Positions 11,029 to 20,577 of a stretch of DNA of 32,342 nt are shown piece after piece (position 1 is the stretch's first letter; each line of letters opens with the position of its first letter). The notes beneath the pieces were generated by a model that saw only the letters and a list, made by a program, of their open reading frames with translations, had not been told where the DNA came from and did not search any database. The position numbers and the translations under genes are program-made. Origin of the DNA: Choristocarpus tenellus KU-1152 (lineage: Eukaryota > Protista > Phaeophyceae); contig CAXNAD020000071.1 of NCBI GenBank assembly GCA_964200185.2, positions 1 through 32,342 of the forward strand, in the 5' to 3' direction.

Positions 11029-11790
11029 ATGTTTGAAAAAAGTATAAAAACTTTAGATTTCTCTCAAATACCTGAATTATTTTGGCCTGGGATTCCTATT
11101 TTTTTAGGAGTATATTTGGTTGGTCACGGTATTCATTTATTGGCTGAGGTTTGTTCAGGTTCTACTCTTAATAATGAGCCTGACAAATCCAGCAATAAAG
11201 ATATCGATAAAAATCCTCAGGAATCCTCCCCTGAGTCATCCCCTGAATTTGACAGTGAGGATGAAGAAGAGAGGCTTATTAGATATTTTGAGCTAAAAAC
11301 CACCCCCGATGAGGAGGAAAGGATTGCAAAATATAATAAGATGATAGAGGAGACGAATCGAGAAATCGATAAACTCCGTCAACAGATTTATACCCAGGAA
11401 CATCCGGACCTGGGCCAAAGTGGTGACGGTGGTGATGATGATAATAATAAATTTAATCTGATTAAATTTATTATTGAAAAAATCACCTCTAATATCGATT
11501 GTTTTTCTGGTATTCTTGTAAATGTGTTGCCTGACTTTATCGTATCTACGATAGGGCTTTTTTTACCTTTACCTTTTGTGTTATGCAAGAAGGTTTTTCT
11601 ATTGTATAGAAAAATGGGTTATTTGATTGTTCGAGCCACAGGTATCGAATTTTATAATGTATTTTTACCTAAATGGACAAAATATGTTATTTTTAAAAAT
11701 AATTTCCCTATTGCATTTCTTTTAGGTAAAGCTGTAATTGGTTTATTCTATTTTGTGCTTGGTTATGGTCTTTTGTATATGTATCTTTGA
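11029..11790 (+). CDS. orphan ORF253, putative membrane protein
   Basis: 762-nt open frame filling the trnI-trnK gap; hydrophobic ends and an acidic low-complexity middle; no family recognised. Confidence 0.7.
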   Translation: MFEKSIKTLDFSQIPELFWPGIPIFLGVYLVGHGIHLLAEVCSGSTLNNEPDKSSNKDIDKNPQESSPESSPEFDSEDEEERLIRYFELKTTPDEEERIAKYNKMIEETNREIDKLRQQIYTQEHPDLGQSGDGGDDDNNKFNLIKFIIEKITSNIDCFSGILVNVLPDFIVSTIGLFLPLPFVLCKKVFLLYRKMGYLIVRATGIEFYNVFLPKWTKYVIFKNNFPIAFLLGKAVIGLFYFVLGYGLLYMYL

Positions 11791-11815
11791 ATTGGATACT
11801 ACTACATAATTGTTC

Positions 11816-11888
11816 TGTCGTATAGCTCAGTTGGTAGAGCATTGGATTTTTAATCCAGTGGTCCAGGGTTCAAGCCCCTGTATGACTA
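11816..11888 (+). tRNA. trnK: tRNA-Lys(UUU)
   Basis: TTGGA-TTTTTAA-TCCAG arm, T arm CAGGG-TTCAAGC-CCCTG; 1:72 pair is T.T. Confidence 0.92.
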
Positions 11889-11929
11889 TATAATGTTAAC
11901 CTTAATTAACATTTTTAATTGCTATTTTT

Positions 11930-12208
11930 ATGCCTCAATTTGATCATATTAGTTTTTTTAACCAAGTTTTTTGGTTAGTTATTTTATTTTGTAGTTTTTA
12001 TTTTTGTACAGTATGGTTTAGTCTTCCTTTGTTAGCAAGTAGTTTGAAGGCTCGTCGTAAAAAGGAAGTATTAGAATCAATAATGGTTTTAAATTATAAC
12101 AAAAATTTAAAATATTCTCGTCCTTTATCCAATCATAATAAAGTACGAGTTACAAAGCTTTCAGGTTTTAGTTTATCTGCTAGTTCTGGGTTTTATGTTT
12201 TTTTTTAA
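11930..12208 (+). CDS. atp8: ATP synthase subunit 8
   Basis: MPQFD N-terminus, one TM helix, then LKARRK. Confidence 0.93.
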   Translation: MPQFDHISFFNQVFWLVILFCSFYFCTVWFSLPLLASSLKARRKKEVLESIMVLNYNKNLKYSRPLSNHNKVRVTKLSGFSLSASSGFYVFF

Positions 12209-12211
12209 TTA

Positions 12212-12760
12212 ATGTCCGTATATTTTATAAATCATTTAACTACTCTTCTTCCCTTACGCAGTTATTATATCTTCGATAAAGAAATTATTATTATGGTTGA
12301 TAAAAAAGATCTTTTTTATTGTTTATCTTTTTTAAAATACCATACAAATACCCAGTTTAAAATTTTGACTTGTATTTCTGGAGTGGATTATCCTGAAAAA
12401 TATGATCGTTTTGAGATCGTTTACGATTTATTAAGTTTGAGTTTTAATACTCGTATTCGTATTAAAACTCAAACTAAAGAAGTTGAGCCTATTTCTTCTA
12501 TTGTTAGTATTTTTTCTGGAGCAAATTGGTGGGAAAGAGAAATTTGGGATTTATTCGGAGTTTTTTTTTCTTCTCACCCAGATCTTCGTCGTATTCTAAC
12601 AGATTATGGTTTTGAGGGTCATCCAATACGAAAAGATTTTCCATTATCTGGTTATTCTGAACTTAGATATGATGAAGAGCAAAAACTTGTTATTTATGAA
12701 AATTTAGAGCTTGGTCAGGAGTTTCGGGCTTTTAATTTTCATACTCCTTGGTCTAATTAA
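12212..12760 (+). CDS. nad9: NADH dehydrogenase subunit 9
   Basis: [11 protein letters not shown] and [23 protein letters not shown] motifs. Confidence 0.98.
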   Translation: MSVYFINHLTTLLPLRSYYIFDKEIIIMVDKKDLFYCLSFLKYHTNTQFKILTCISGVDYPEKYDRFEIVYDLLSLSFNTRIRIKTQTKEVEPISSIVSIFSGANWWEREIWDLFGVFFSSHPDLRRILTDYGFEGHPIRKDFPLSGYSELRYDEEQKLVIYENLELGQEFRAFNFHTPWSN

Positions 12761-12789
12761 TTGTTATTTAGGGCTTGTTTATAATTTTT

Positions 12790-13947
12790 ATGTCAAGATG
12801 GAATGTTAATACTCTAACAGCGTGGTTTGACTCTCATATTATTGATTATCCCACTGCAATAAATTTAAATTATACTTGGAGTTTTGGTTCAGCTGCTGGC
12901 TTTTGTCTTGCTATTCAAATTTTAAGTGGAACTTTTCTTGCTATACATTATACAGGTGAAATTAATTATGCTTTCTCCAGTGTAGAATACATTATACGTG
13001 ATGTAAATAATGGCTGGTTAATTCGTTATTTACATGCAAATGGAGCATCTTTTTTTTTTATTGTTGTATATTGTCATTTATTTCGTGGTTTATATTATGG
13101 TTCTTTTAATGAACCTCGTCAATTTTTATGGTGGTCTGGTATTGTTATTTTTTTATTGATGATAGCGACTGCTTTTTTGGGTTATGTTTTACCTTGGGGT
13201 CAAATAAGTTTTTGGGGTGTTACTGTAATTACTAATCTCTTTTCCATTATTCCTGTTTATAGTGGGACTTTTGTTATATGGCTTTGGGGTGGTTATACAG
13301 TAGGAAATCCAACTTTAAATCGTTTTTATAGTTTACATTATATTTTACCTTTTGTTATTGCTGGTTTAGTTTTTGTTCATCTGGGTTTATTGCATAAAGA
13401 TGGTTCTAATAATCCAATAGGAATTAAAAATAAATTAGCTAATTTAGATTTTTATCCTTATTTTTATGTTAAAGATTTAGTAGGTTTTTTTGTTTTACTT
13501 GCTTTTTTATCTTTTTTTACTTTTTATATACCTAATTATTTAGGTCATCCAGATAATTATATCCCGGCTGATTCTATTAAAACACCTCTACATATTGTTC
13601 CTGAATGGTATTTTCTTCCTTTTTATGCAGTTTTAAAAGCAATTCCCCATAAAACTGGAGGTATTTTAGCTATAGGTGGTGCAATTTTTATTTTTTTTCT
13701 TATTCCATTTTTAAATCGTCCTGGTATTAGAAGTGGTAATTTTCGTCCTATTTATGAATTTTTTTTTTGTGTTTTTGCCGGTAATTTTTTTATTTTAATT
13801 TGGTCAGGCGCGTGTCCTTCAAATGATGAATTCTTTGAATTATGTAATAGGATTCTTACTGCATTTTATTTTCTTTTCTTTTATATCAGTAATTATACTT
13901 CAGGTATTTGGGAAAAGGATTTTAATCGTATTCTATTAAAAAAATGA
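12790..13947 (+). CDS. cob: apocytochrome b
   Basis: [17 protein letters not shown](M)SFWG and [10 protein letters not shown] motifs; first ATG at 12790. Confidence 0.98.
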   Translation: MSRWNVNTLTAWFDSHIIDYPTAINLNYTWSFGSAAGFCLAIQILSGTFLAIHYTGEINYAFSSVEYIIRDVNNGWLIRYLHANGASFFFIVVYCHLFRGLYYGSFNEPRQFLWWSGIVIFLLMIATAFLGYVLPWGQISFWGVTVITNLFSIIPVYSGTFVIWLWGGYTVGNPTLNRFYSLHYILPFVIAGLVFVHLGLLHKDGSNNPIGIKNKLANLDFYPYFYVKDLVGFFVLLAFLSFFTFYIPNYLGHPDNYIPADSIKTPLHIVPEWYFLPFYAVLKAIPHKTGGILAIGGAIFIFFLIPFLNRPGIRSGNFRPIYEFFFCVFAGNFFILIWSGACPSNDEFFELCNRILTAFYFLFFYISNYTSGIWEKDFNRILLKK

Positions 13948-14165
13948 AAATAGTGCGTAGTATAACTTTTTTTTCAGATGGAAGTTCTTCTTTTTTAAGT
14001 CGTCCCTATCTCTGTACTTCACTTTTTTTTAATATACAATTACATGATGTAGATAATCATTCATTTTGGTCAGGCCATAAGGTAAAAGATCAAACTCAAG
14101 TTTCTGCTTTTGTTTCTACCTTTTTCGAAGTAAATCGTATTTTGGAAAAAAAAAATTCTTTATAA
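13944..14165 (+). CDS. rpl31: probable ribosomal protein L31
   Basis: 73 aa; FSDGS and D..NH.FW resemble L31 (DGS / D...HPFY.G); ATGA overlap with the cob stop. Confidence 0.65.
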   Translation: MKIVRSITFFSDGSSSFLSRPYLCTSLFFNIQLHDVDNHSFWSGHKVKDQTQVSAFVSTFFEVNRILEKKNSL

Positions 14166-14181
14166 TTATAATTTTATACCT

Positions 14182-15081
14182 ATGAAAAAACCCTCAGATT
14201 TAAAACCCCCCTCAAATTCAAAAAAAAAATTAGATTATGATTCTATTGAGGATTATGTTATTGTTTTTACTAGCGCAGTGTGTCTTACAATTTTATATTT
14301 TGAGAATGGTGAAATGGATGCAGCCAACCCTTGGCAGTTAGGTTTTCAAGATCCTGCCACTCCTATTATAGAAGGTATTATTTATTTTAATAACCAATTA
14401 ATATTTCTTATGATTGTTGTTGGTAGTTTTGTTTGTTGGATATTATACCGTGCTTTAACTTTATTTAATAAGGATATTCATCCAACACCTATTATTTTTA
14501 CGCATTCGACTGATTTGGAAGTAGTTTGGACTATTACTCCAGCTTTAATTCTTATAATTATTGGTTTTCCTTCTTTTGCTCTTCTTTATTCTATAGGTGA
14601 GATAATTGATCCTTCTATTACTTTGAAAGTCGTAGGACATCAATGGTATTGGTCTTATGAATATTCAGATTATCTTTCTTGGTCTGATAATAATAAATCT
14701 ATTCTTTTTGATTCTTATCTTATTCCCGAGGAGGATCTTTCTATTCCAAAACCATATGGCCCTAAAGCAAAAGTTGGTACTGTTTTGCGCTTATTAGAAG
14801 TAGATAATCGTGTTATTCTACCTGTTAATACACATATTAGAGTTTTAGTTACATCAGCTGATGTTTTACATTCTTGGGCTGTTCCTAGTTTAGGTGTAAA
14901 AGTTGATTCTTGTCCTGGTAGATTAAATCAGATTTGTCTTTTTTTAAAACGTAAGTCAGTTTTTTATGGTCAATGTAGTGAAATTTGTGGAGTTAATCAT
15001 GGTTTTATACCTATTGTGGTTCAATCAGTTAGTATGGAAAATTATATTAGTTGGATTGGGAAAAGATTAAAAGAAGATTAA
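14182..15081 (+). CDS. cox2: cytochrome c oxidase subunit 2
   Basis: [28 protein letters not shown] and [11 protein letters not shown](M)P CuA motifs; alternative ATG at 14314. Confidence 0.97.
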   Translation: MKKPSDLKPPSNSKKKLDYDSIEDYVIVFTSAVCLTILYFENGEMDAANPWQLGFQDPATPIIEGIIYFNNQLIFLMIVVGSFVCWILYRALTLFNKDIHPTPIIFTHSTDLEVVWTITPALILIIIGFPSFALLYSIGEIIDPSITLKVVGHQWYWSYEYSDYLSWSDNNKSILFDSYLIPEEDLSIPKPYGPKAKVGTVLRLLEVDNRVILPVNTHIRVLVTSADVLHSWAVPSLGVKVDSCPGRLNQICLFLKRKSVFYGQCSEICGVNHGFIPIVVQSVSMENYISWIGKRLKED

Positions 15082-16523
15082 TGTCAATTTTATCTTTTCT
15101 TTTAATCTTTTTATTTTTTGGTCTAGTAATTCTAAGTTTTATTCCATCAACCCAAAAAATATTACTTAAACAATTTGCTTTAAGTATTTCTTCATTAGCT
15201 TTTGTATTATCTTTATTACTTTGGGTTAAATTTGATCAATCGACTTCAGATTTTCAATTTGTAATTGAATCTTTATGGTTACCTATATTGAATATTAATT
15301 TTATTTTAGGAGTTGATGGAATTTCTCTTTTTTTTATTCTACTTACAACTTTAATTTTTCCAATTTGTTTTTTAGCTTCTTGGTCTTCTATTAAAACAGA
15401 TTTAAAATCTTATTTGATTTGTTTTTTAAGTATAGAAATTATTTTAATTTTAGTTTTTACTAGTTTGGATCTTTTACTTTTTTATATTTTTTTTGAAACT
15501 GTTTTGATTCCTATATTTTTAGTTATTGGGTTATGGGGTTCACGTCAGCGTAAAGTTCGTGCTGCTTATTTTTTCTTTCTTTATACATTATTAGGTTCTT
15601 TATTTATATTATTAGGTGTTGTTTATATTTATCATTTTGTTGGAACAACAAATTATGAAGTTTTGTTAAGTTTAGATATTACTATATCTGATCAGTGTTG
15701 GTTATGGCTTGCTTTTTTTGCTTCTTTTGCTACAAAAGTCCCTATACTTCCCGTTCATATTTGGCTTCCTGAAGCTCATGTAGAAGCTCCTACGGCAGGT
15801 TCTGTTATTTTAGCAGGAATTCTTTTAAAATTAGGTACATATGGCTTTTTACGCTTCTCATTAGCCTTATTTCCTTTGGCTACTATTTATTTTACTCCTT
15901 TAGTATTTAGTATTAGTCTTTTAGGTGTTGTTTATACTTCTTTAACGGCAATTCGCCAAACTGATCTTAAACGTTTAATTGCTTATACTTCGGTAGCACA
16001 TATAAATTTGGTAATAATTGGTTTATTCACAGCAGGGGGTTTGGGTATTGAAGCAGGAATTATTCAGTCATTAAGTCATGGTTTTGTTTCTTCTGCTCTT
16101 TTTTTAGCTATTGGTGTTGTTTATGATCGTTGGCATACTAGAGTAGTTCAATACTACGGAGGATTGGTTCATACAATACCTATTTTTATTATTATTTTTT
16201 TATTTTTTACTATAGCGAATTTAGGGTTACCCGGAACTAGTAGTTTTGTTGGAGAATTTCTTATTTTGATTTCAGCTTTTCAGGCTAATACTTTAGCCTG
16301 TTTTTTAGGGGCAACTTCTATAATTTTTAGTGGTGCATATTCCTTATGGTTATTCAATCGTATAGCTTATGGGAATTTAAAAATAGCAGGTTTTGATCTT
16401 AATTTACGTGAATTTCTTACTTTTTTACCTTTAATTATAGGAACTTTAGTTATGGGTATTTATCCAAATCCTTTTATTCAGCCTATTCACGCTAGTATTA
16501 ATCATTTAGTAGCCGGTTTTTAA
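15081..16523 (+). CDS. nad4: NADH dehydrogenase subunit 4
   Basis: HIWLPEAHVEAPTAGSVILAGILLKLGTYG and DLKRLIAYTSVAH motifs; TAATG overlap with cox2. Confidence 0.98.
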   Translation: MSILSFLLIFLFFGLVILSFIPSTQKILLKQFALSISSLAFVLSLLLWVKFDQSTSDFQFVIESLWLPILNINFILGVDGISLFFILLTTLIFPICFLASWSSIKTDLKSYLICFLSIEIILILVFTSLDLLLFYIFFETVLIPIFLVIGLWGSRQRKVRAAYFFFLYTLLGSLFILLGVVYIYHFVGTTNYEVLLSLDITISDQCWLWLAFFASFATKVPILPVHIWLPEAHVEAPTAGSVILAGILLKLGTYGFLRFSLALFPLATIYFTPLVFSISLLGVVYTSLTAIRQTDLKRLIAYTSVAHINLVIIGLFTAGGLGIEAGIIQSLSHGFVSSALFLAIGVVYDRWHTRVVQYYGGLVHTIPIFIIIFLFFTIANLGLPGTSSFVGEFLILISAFQANTLACFLGATSIIFSGAYSLWLFNRIAYGNLKIAGFDLNLREFLTFLPLIIGTLVMGIYPNPFIQPIHASINHLVAGF

Positions 16524-16562
16524 TTATTATATAATGATATAATTTGGCTTTTAAATGGTTGG

Positions 16563-16634
16563 GTTCTTTTCGTCTAGCGGTTAGGACATTGCTCTTTCAC
16601 GGCAAAGACGCGGGTTCAACTCCCGTAGAGAACA
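16563..16634 (+). tRNA. trnE: tRNA-Glu(UUC)
   Basis: acceptor GTTCTTT/AGAGAAC, TTGCT-CTTTCAC-GGCAA. Confidence 0.95.
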
Positions 16635-16642
16635 CTTCCTAC

Positions 16643-18622
16643 ATGTATTTAAATATTGTTTTTTTACCGTTATTAGGTTCCATCGCAACAGGTTTTTTTG
16701 GCCGTTTTTTAGGTGGAAAGGGAGCGAGTCTTGTGAGTACATTTTGTGTGGGTTTAAGTTTTTGTTTAAGTGGTATTGTTTTTTATGAAGTTGGTTTAGC
16801 TGGTAGTGCATGTTATATTCGTCTTATAACTTGGCTAGACGTAGATATTTTTCATGCTGATTGGGGGTTTTGTTTTGATAGTTTAACTGTAGTAATACTA
16901 TTAGTTGTTACTTTTGTTTCTACTTTAGTACATTTATATTCTACGGAATATATAAGAGAGGATCCACATATTTCCAGATTTTTGTCTTATCTTTCTCTTT
17001 TTACTTTTTTTATATTAATTTTGGTTACAGCAGATAATTTTATTCAAATATTTGTTGGATGGGAAGGTGTGGGTCTTTGTTCTTATCTTTTGATTAATTT
17101 TTGGTTTACTAGGATTCAAGCGAATAAAGCTGCTATTAAAGCTATATTGGTAAATCGTGTAGGTGATTTTGGTTTAGCTTTAGGTATTTTTGCTATTTTT
17201 TATTCTTTTGGAGCGGTGGATTATTCTACTGTTTTTGCATTAGTACCACAATTCGTTGATTTTACTTTATGTTTTATTCTTATCGAATTTAATGCTTTAA
17301 CTTTTATTTGTATTTTTCTTTTTGTAGGAGCTATTGGTAAATCAGCTCAATTAGGTCTACACACATGGTTACCCGATGCCATGGAGGGTCCTACTCCAGT
17401 TTCTGCTCTTATTCATGCTGCTACTATGGTAACAGCAGGTGTTTTCCTTTTGGTTCGTTGTTCTCCTTTATTAGAATTTGCTCCAACTGTTCTATCGGTT
17501 ATTAGTATTATTGGTGCTTTAACTGCTTTTTTTGCTGCTACAACAGCAATTGTACAAAATGATTTAAAGCGTGTTATTGCTTATTCTACTTGTAGCCAAC
17601 TTGGTTATATGGTTTTCGCTTGTGGTTTATCTAATTATTCAGTTGCTGTATTCCATTTAGCAAATCATGCTTTTTTTAAAGCACTTCTATTTTTAGGAGC
17701 TGGTTCTGTTATTCATGCTATAGGTGATGAACAAGATATAAGAAAAATAGGTGGTCTACGTAGGATTTTACCTTTTACTTATGCTATAATATTAATTGGT
17801 TCTCTTTCTTTAATAGGAATACCATTTCTTACAGGATTTTATTCTAAAGATCTTATCTTAGAAGTAGCATATGCTAATTATAGTTTAGTTTCTCACTTTT
17901 CTTATTGGTGTGGTGTTTTAGCGGCTTCTTGTACTGCTTTTTATTCTATTCGTTTAATTAGTCTTTGTTTTCTTTCAAAACCAAATGGAAATCGTTTAAT
18001 TTTATTATCAGCCTCTGAAAGTAGTTGGCCTATTGCTACTTCTTTAGGTATTTTAGCTATTCCTAGTATTTTTATTGGCTATATTGGCCGTGATCTTTTT
18101 GTAGGTTTAGGTACCAATTTTTGGTCAAATGCTATTTTTAATTTACCAACTACCATTAGTGCTCTAGATTTTGAATTCATACCTATTTTTTTTAAAATTT
18201 TGCCATTATTTTTTAGTATAACTGCAGGTATTTTATCTTTTATTTTTTACATTTATTATAATCATTTATTGTTTTCTTGTAAGATATCTTTTTCTGGAAG
18301 GAAATTATATACTTTTTTAAATCGTAAATGGTTTTTTGATAAAGTTTATAACGATATTATTGGTCAAAAAATTTTAAATTTTGGATATCATTTTACGTAT
18401 AAAGCTATTGATAGGGGTTTAATTGAAAGTTTAGGTCCTTATGGGTTAATAACAGTAATTTTAGGTCAAGTTAACAAAACACGAAATTGGCATTCTGGTA
18501 TTTTATATCATTATTCTCTTGTTATAATTTTTGGTATTTTCTTTTTATATGAGTCTTTTCAATTTATTTCTGAACTTAAATTTAATATTTTTTTAATTTT
18601 TGTTAGTTTAGCTTTATTTTAA
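16643..18622 (+). CDS. nad5: NADH dehydrogenase subunit 5
   Basis: MYL.IVFLPL start after trnE; KSAQLGLHTWLPDAMEGPTPVSALIHAATMV and HAFFKALLFL motifs. Confidence 0.98.
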   Translation: MYLNIVFLPLLGSIATGFFGRFLGGKGASLVSTFCVGLSFCLSGIVFYEVGLAGSACYIRLITWLDVDIFHADWGFCFDSLTVVILLVVTFVSTLVHLYSTEYIREDPHISRFLSYLSLFTFFILILVTADNFIQIFVGWEGVGLCSYLLINFWFTRIQANKAAIKAILVNRVGDFGLALGIFAIFYSFGAVDYSTVFALVPQFVDFTLCFILIEFNALTFICIFLFVGAIGKSAQLGLHTWLPDAMEGPTPVSALIHAATMVTAGVFLLVRCSPLLEFAPTVLSVISIIGALTAFFAATTAIVQNDLKRVIAYSTCSQLGYMVFACGLSNYSVAVFHLANHAFFKALLFLGAGSVIHAIGDEQDIRKIGGLRRILPFTYAIILIGSLSLIGIPFLTGFYSKDLILEVAYANYSLVSHFSYWCGVLAASCTAFYSIRLISLCFLSKPNGNRLILLSASESSWPIATSLGILAIPSIFIGYIGRDLFVGLGTNFWSNAIFNLPTTISALDFEFIPIFFKILPLFFSITAGILSFIFYIYYNHLLFSCKISFSGRKLYTFLNRKWFFDKVYNDIIGQKILNFGYHFTYKAIDRGLIESLGPYGLITVILGQVNKTRNWHSGILYHYSLVIIFGIFFLYESFQFISELKFNIFLIFVSLALF

Positions 18623-18746
18623 TTTATTTTTATTATGTCGTTGTATTATGAATATTCCTAAAATTTTAACATTTTCTTTCGTTGTATTTCTTTTTATTTG
18701 TAATTTTTCATAATCTAACCTATTAGTTTAGCTTTATTTTAATTTA
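18603..18746 (+). repeat. 24-nt direct repeat TTAGTTTAGCTTTATTTTAATTTA, two copies 120 nt apart
   Basis: copies at 18603-18626 (includes the nad5 stop) and 18723-18746. Confidence 0.85.
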
Positions 18747-18754
18747 GCTTTACT

Positions 18755-19615
18755 ATGGTGTTAGATTATGTATATTTTTCAATTTTTGGGTCATTAATTT
18801 TAGGTTTATCCTTGAAGGTAGTAACAACTCAGAATCCTGTTTATTCTGTACTTTATTTGGTTTTAGTTTTTATTCTAAGTTCCATTTTTGTACTTAGTTT
18901 AGGGCTAGACTTTATAGCTTTGTTTTTTGTTTTAGTTTATGTTGGTGCTATTGCGGTTCTTTTTTTGTTTGTTGTTATAATATTAGATATTAAATTAGTA
19001 GAGTATCCTACACCTATTACATTTATTTTATTTTTTTTGTTAATTTTAGCTATATATATATCTAATTTTGGTTTTTTTAGATTAGGACAAATTTTAAATA
19101 ATTATCCTGGATTTTATTCTTGGATTTTTGAAATTCCTAATTTATATATGGATTTCAAATATAAAGAATATCATATACCAAGAACTTATAGTCATTGTTT
19201 AGCTCTTAAATTTGATAATACTATGGATTATTGGTCATGTTTGTTTGCACTTGACTTTAAATTTCTTAAAATAAATTTTTGGTTAAATTCATTAGATTTT
19301 ACAACTTCAGCAAAAAATTTAGGTCATGTCTTATATACTTACCATATAATTTTATTTATTATTGGTGGAATTATTTTATTAATCTCAATAGTAGGAGCTA
19401 TTTCTTTAAGTCTTCAAGTTAATAAAACGGAATCTTTGACACGTCAACTTGGTCGTCAACCCAATAATGCGATTTTTCTTACAGTATCTAGTAAAACTAA
19501 AATAGATATTTTAACTTTTCGTGATTTAGAGGTATGGCCACCTATATCCTCTGATACAAAAGAAAATTCTTATTTTTCAAGTAAAGAATATTTAAAAAAT
19601 GAGAATTTTTATTAA
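18755..19615 (+). CDS. nad6: NADH dehydrogenase subunit 6 (extended)
   Basis: NPVYSVLYLVLVF, VYVGAIAVLFLFV, LG.VLYT and LLIS(M)VGAISL motifs. Confidence 0.96.
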   Translation: MVLDYVYFSIFGSLILGLSLKVVTTQNPVYSVLYLVLVFILSSIFVLSLGLDFIALFFVLVYVGAIAVLFLFVVIILDIKLVEYPTPITFILFFLLILAIYISNFGFFRLGQILNNYPGFYSWIFEIPNLYMDFKYKEYHIPRTYSHCLALKFDNTMDYWSCLFALDFKFLKINFWLNSLDFTTSAKNLGHVLYTYHIILFIIGGIILLISIVGAISLSLQVNKTESLTRQLGRQPNNAIFLTVSSKTKIDILTFRDLEVWPPISSDTKENSYFSSKEYLKNENFY

Positions 19616-20210
19616 TTCTTTATCTGTTTGGGTATCTCCTATTTCTAGTGTTTTGCAGACTTGTGAAGTTATATATGATTATATTCCTAGATTTTGTTAT
19701 CATCAAAAATTAATAATTGCGGGTAATTGTCGTATATGTTTAGTGGAGATTAATAATTCTCTTAAACCACAAGCTTCTTGTGCTTTACCCTTAATAGCTA
19801 ATATATTTATTTCTACTAATACTGCTTTAGTTAAAAAAGCTCGAGAAGCTGTAATAGAATTTATTTTATTAAATCATCCATTAGATTGTCCTATTTGTGA
19901 TCAAGGTGGTGAATGTGACTTGCAAGATCAAAGTTTAAATTTTGGTTCAGATCGTAGCCGTTTTTTTTTTTTTAAAACAACTATTTCGGATAAAATTTTA
20001 GGTCCTTTGGTTAAAACAGTTATAAGACGATGTATTTTATGTACAAGATGTATTCGTTATGCTATTAAAATTGGTGGTATTAAAGATATAGGAACTACTA
20101 ATCGTGGAGGTAAGTCTGAAATTGGTTTATACATCTCTAAAATTTTAGAGATGGAATTATCTGGTGGTATTATTGAGTTATGTCCTGTAGGATGGGTTTT
20201 ATCCTTATAA
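19599..20210 (+). CDS. nad11: NADH dehydrogenase subunit 11, N-terminal Fe-S domain only
   Basis: IPRFCYH, AGNCR(M)CLVE, NHPLDCPICDQGGECDLQDQ, RCILCTRC and LCPVG motifs, then a stop. Confidence 0.96.
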   Translation: MRIFINSLSVWVSPISSVLQTCEVIYDYIPRFCYHQKLIIAGNCRICLVEINNSLKPQASCALPLIANIFISTNTALVKKAREAVIEFILLNHPLDCPICDQGGECDLQDQSLNFGSDRSRFFFFKTTISDKILGPLVKTVIRRCILCTRCIRYAIKIGGIKDIGTTNRGGKSEIGLYISKILEMELSGGIIELCPVGWVLSL

Positions 20211-20214
20211 AAAT

Positions 20215-20577
20215 ATGTATTATTTTAATGAATATTATGCTATTTTAATTTTTTCTGGTATTAGTATTATTCTTGCTATTATTATTTTTGGAGCTTCTTA
20301 TGCTTTAGCTATTGTTAAGTCTGATAGTGAAAAATTATCTTCATATGAATGTGGTTTTGACCCTTATGAAGATGCTAGGAATGCTTTTGATGTTCGTTTT
20401 TATTTAGTAGCTATTTTATTTTTACTTTTTGATATTGAAACTGTGTTTTTATTTCCTTGGGCCCTTTCTCTATCACAGCTACCCTCTTTGGCTTATTGGT
20501 CTATATTAGACTTTTTATTTGAATTAGTTATTGGTTTTATTTATGCTTGGAAAATTGGTAGTTTAGATTGGGAATGA
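20215..20577 (+). CDS. nad3: NADH dehydrogenase subunit 3
   Basis: EKLSSYECGFDP, FYLVAILFLLFDIE and GSLDWE motifs. Confidence 0.98.
   Translation: MYYFNEYYAILIFSGISIILAIIIFGASYALAIVKSDSEKLSSYECGFDPYEDARNAFDVRFYLVAILFLLFDIETVFLFPWALSLSQLPSLAYWSILDFLFELVIGFIYAWKIGSLDWE

Noticed and set aside
16544-16642. Apparent N-terminal extension of nad5
   Set aside because: It spans trnE and the conserved start is ATG 16643. The track's upstream starts for rps12, nad4L, nad2, cob, nad4, rps14, rps8, rpl6, tatC, rps10 and tatA were trimmed on similar grounds
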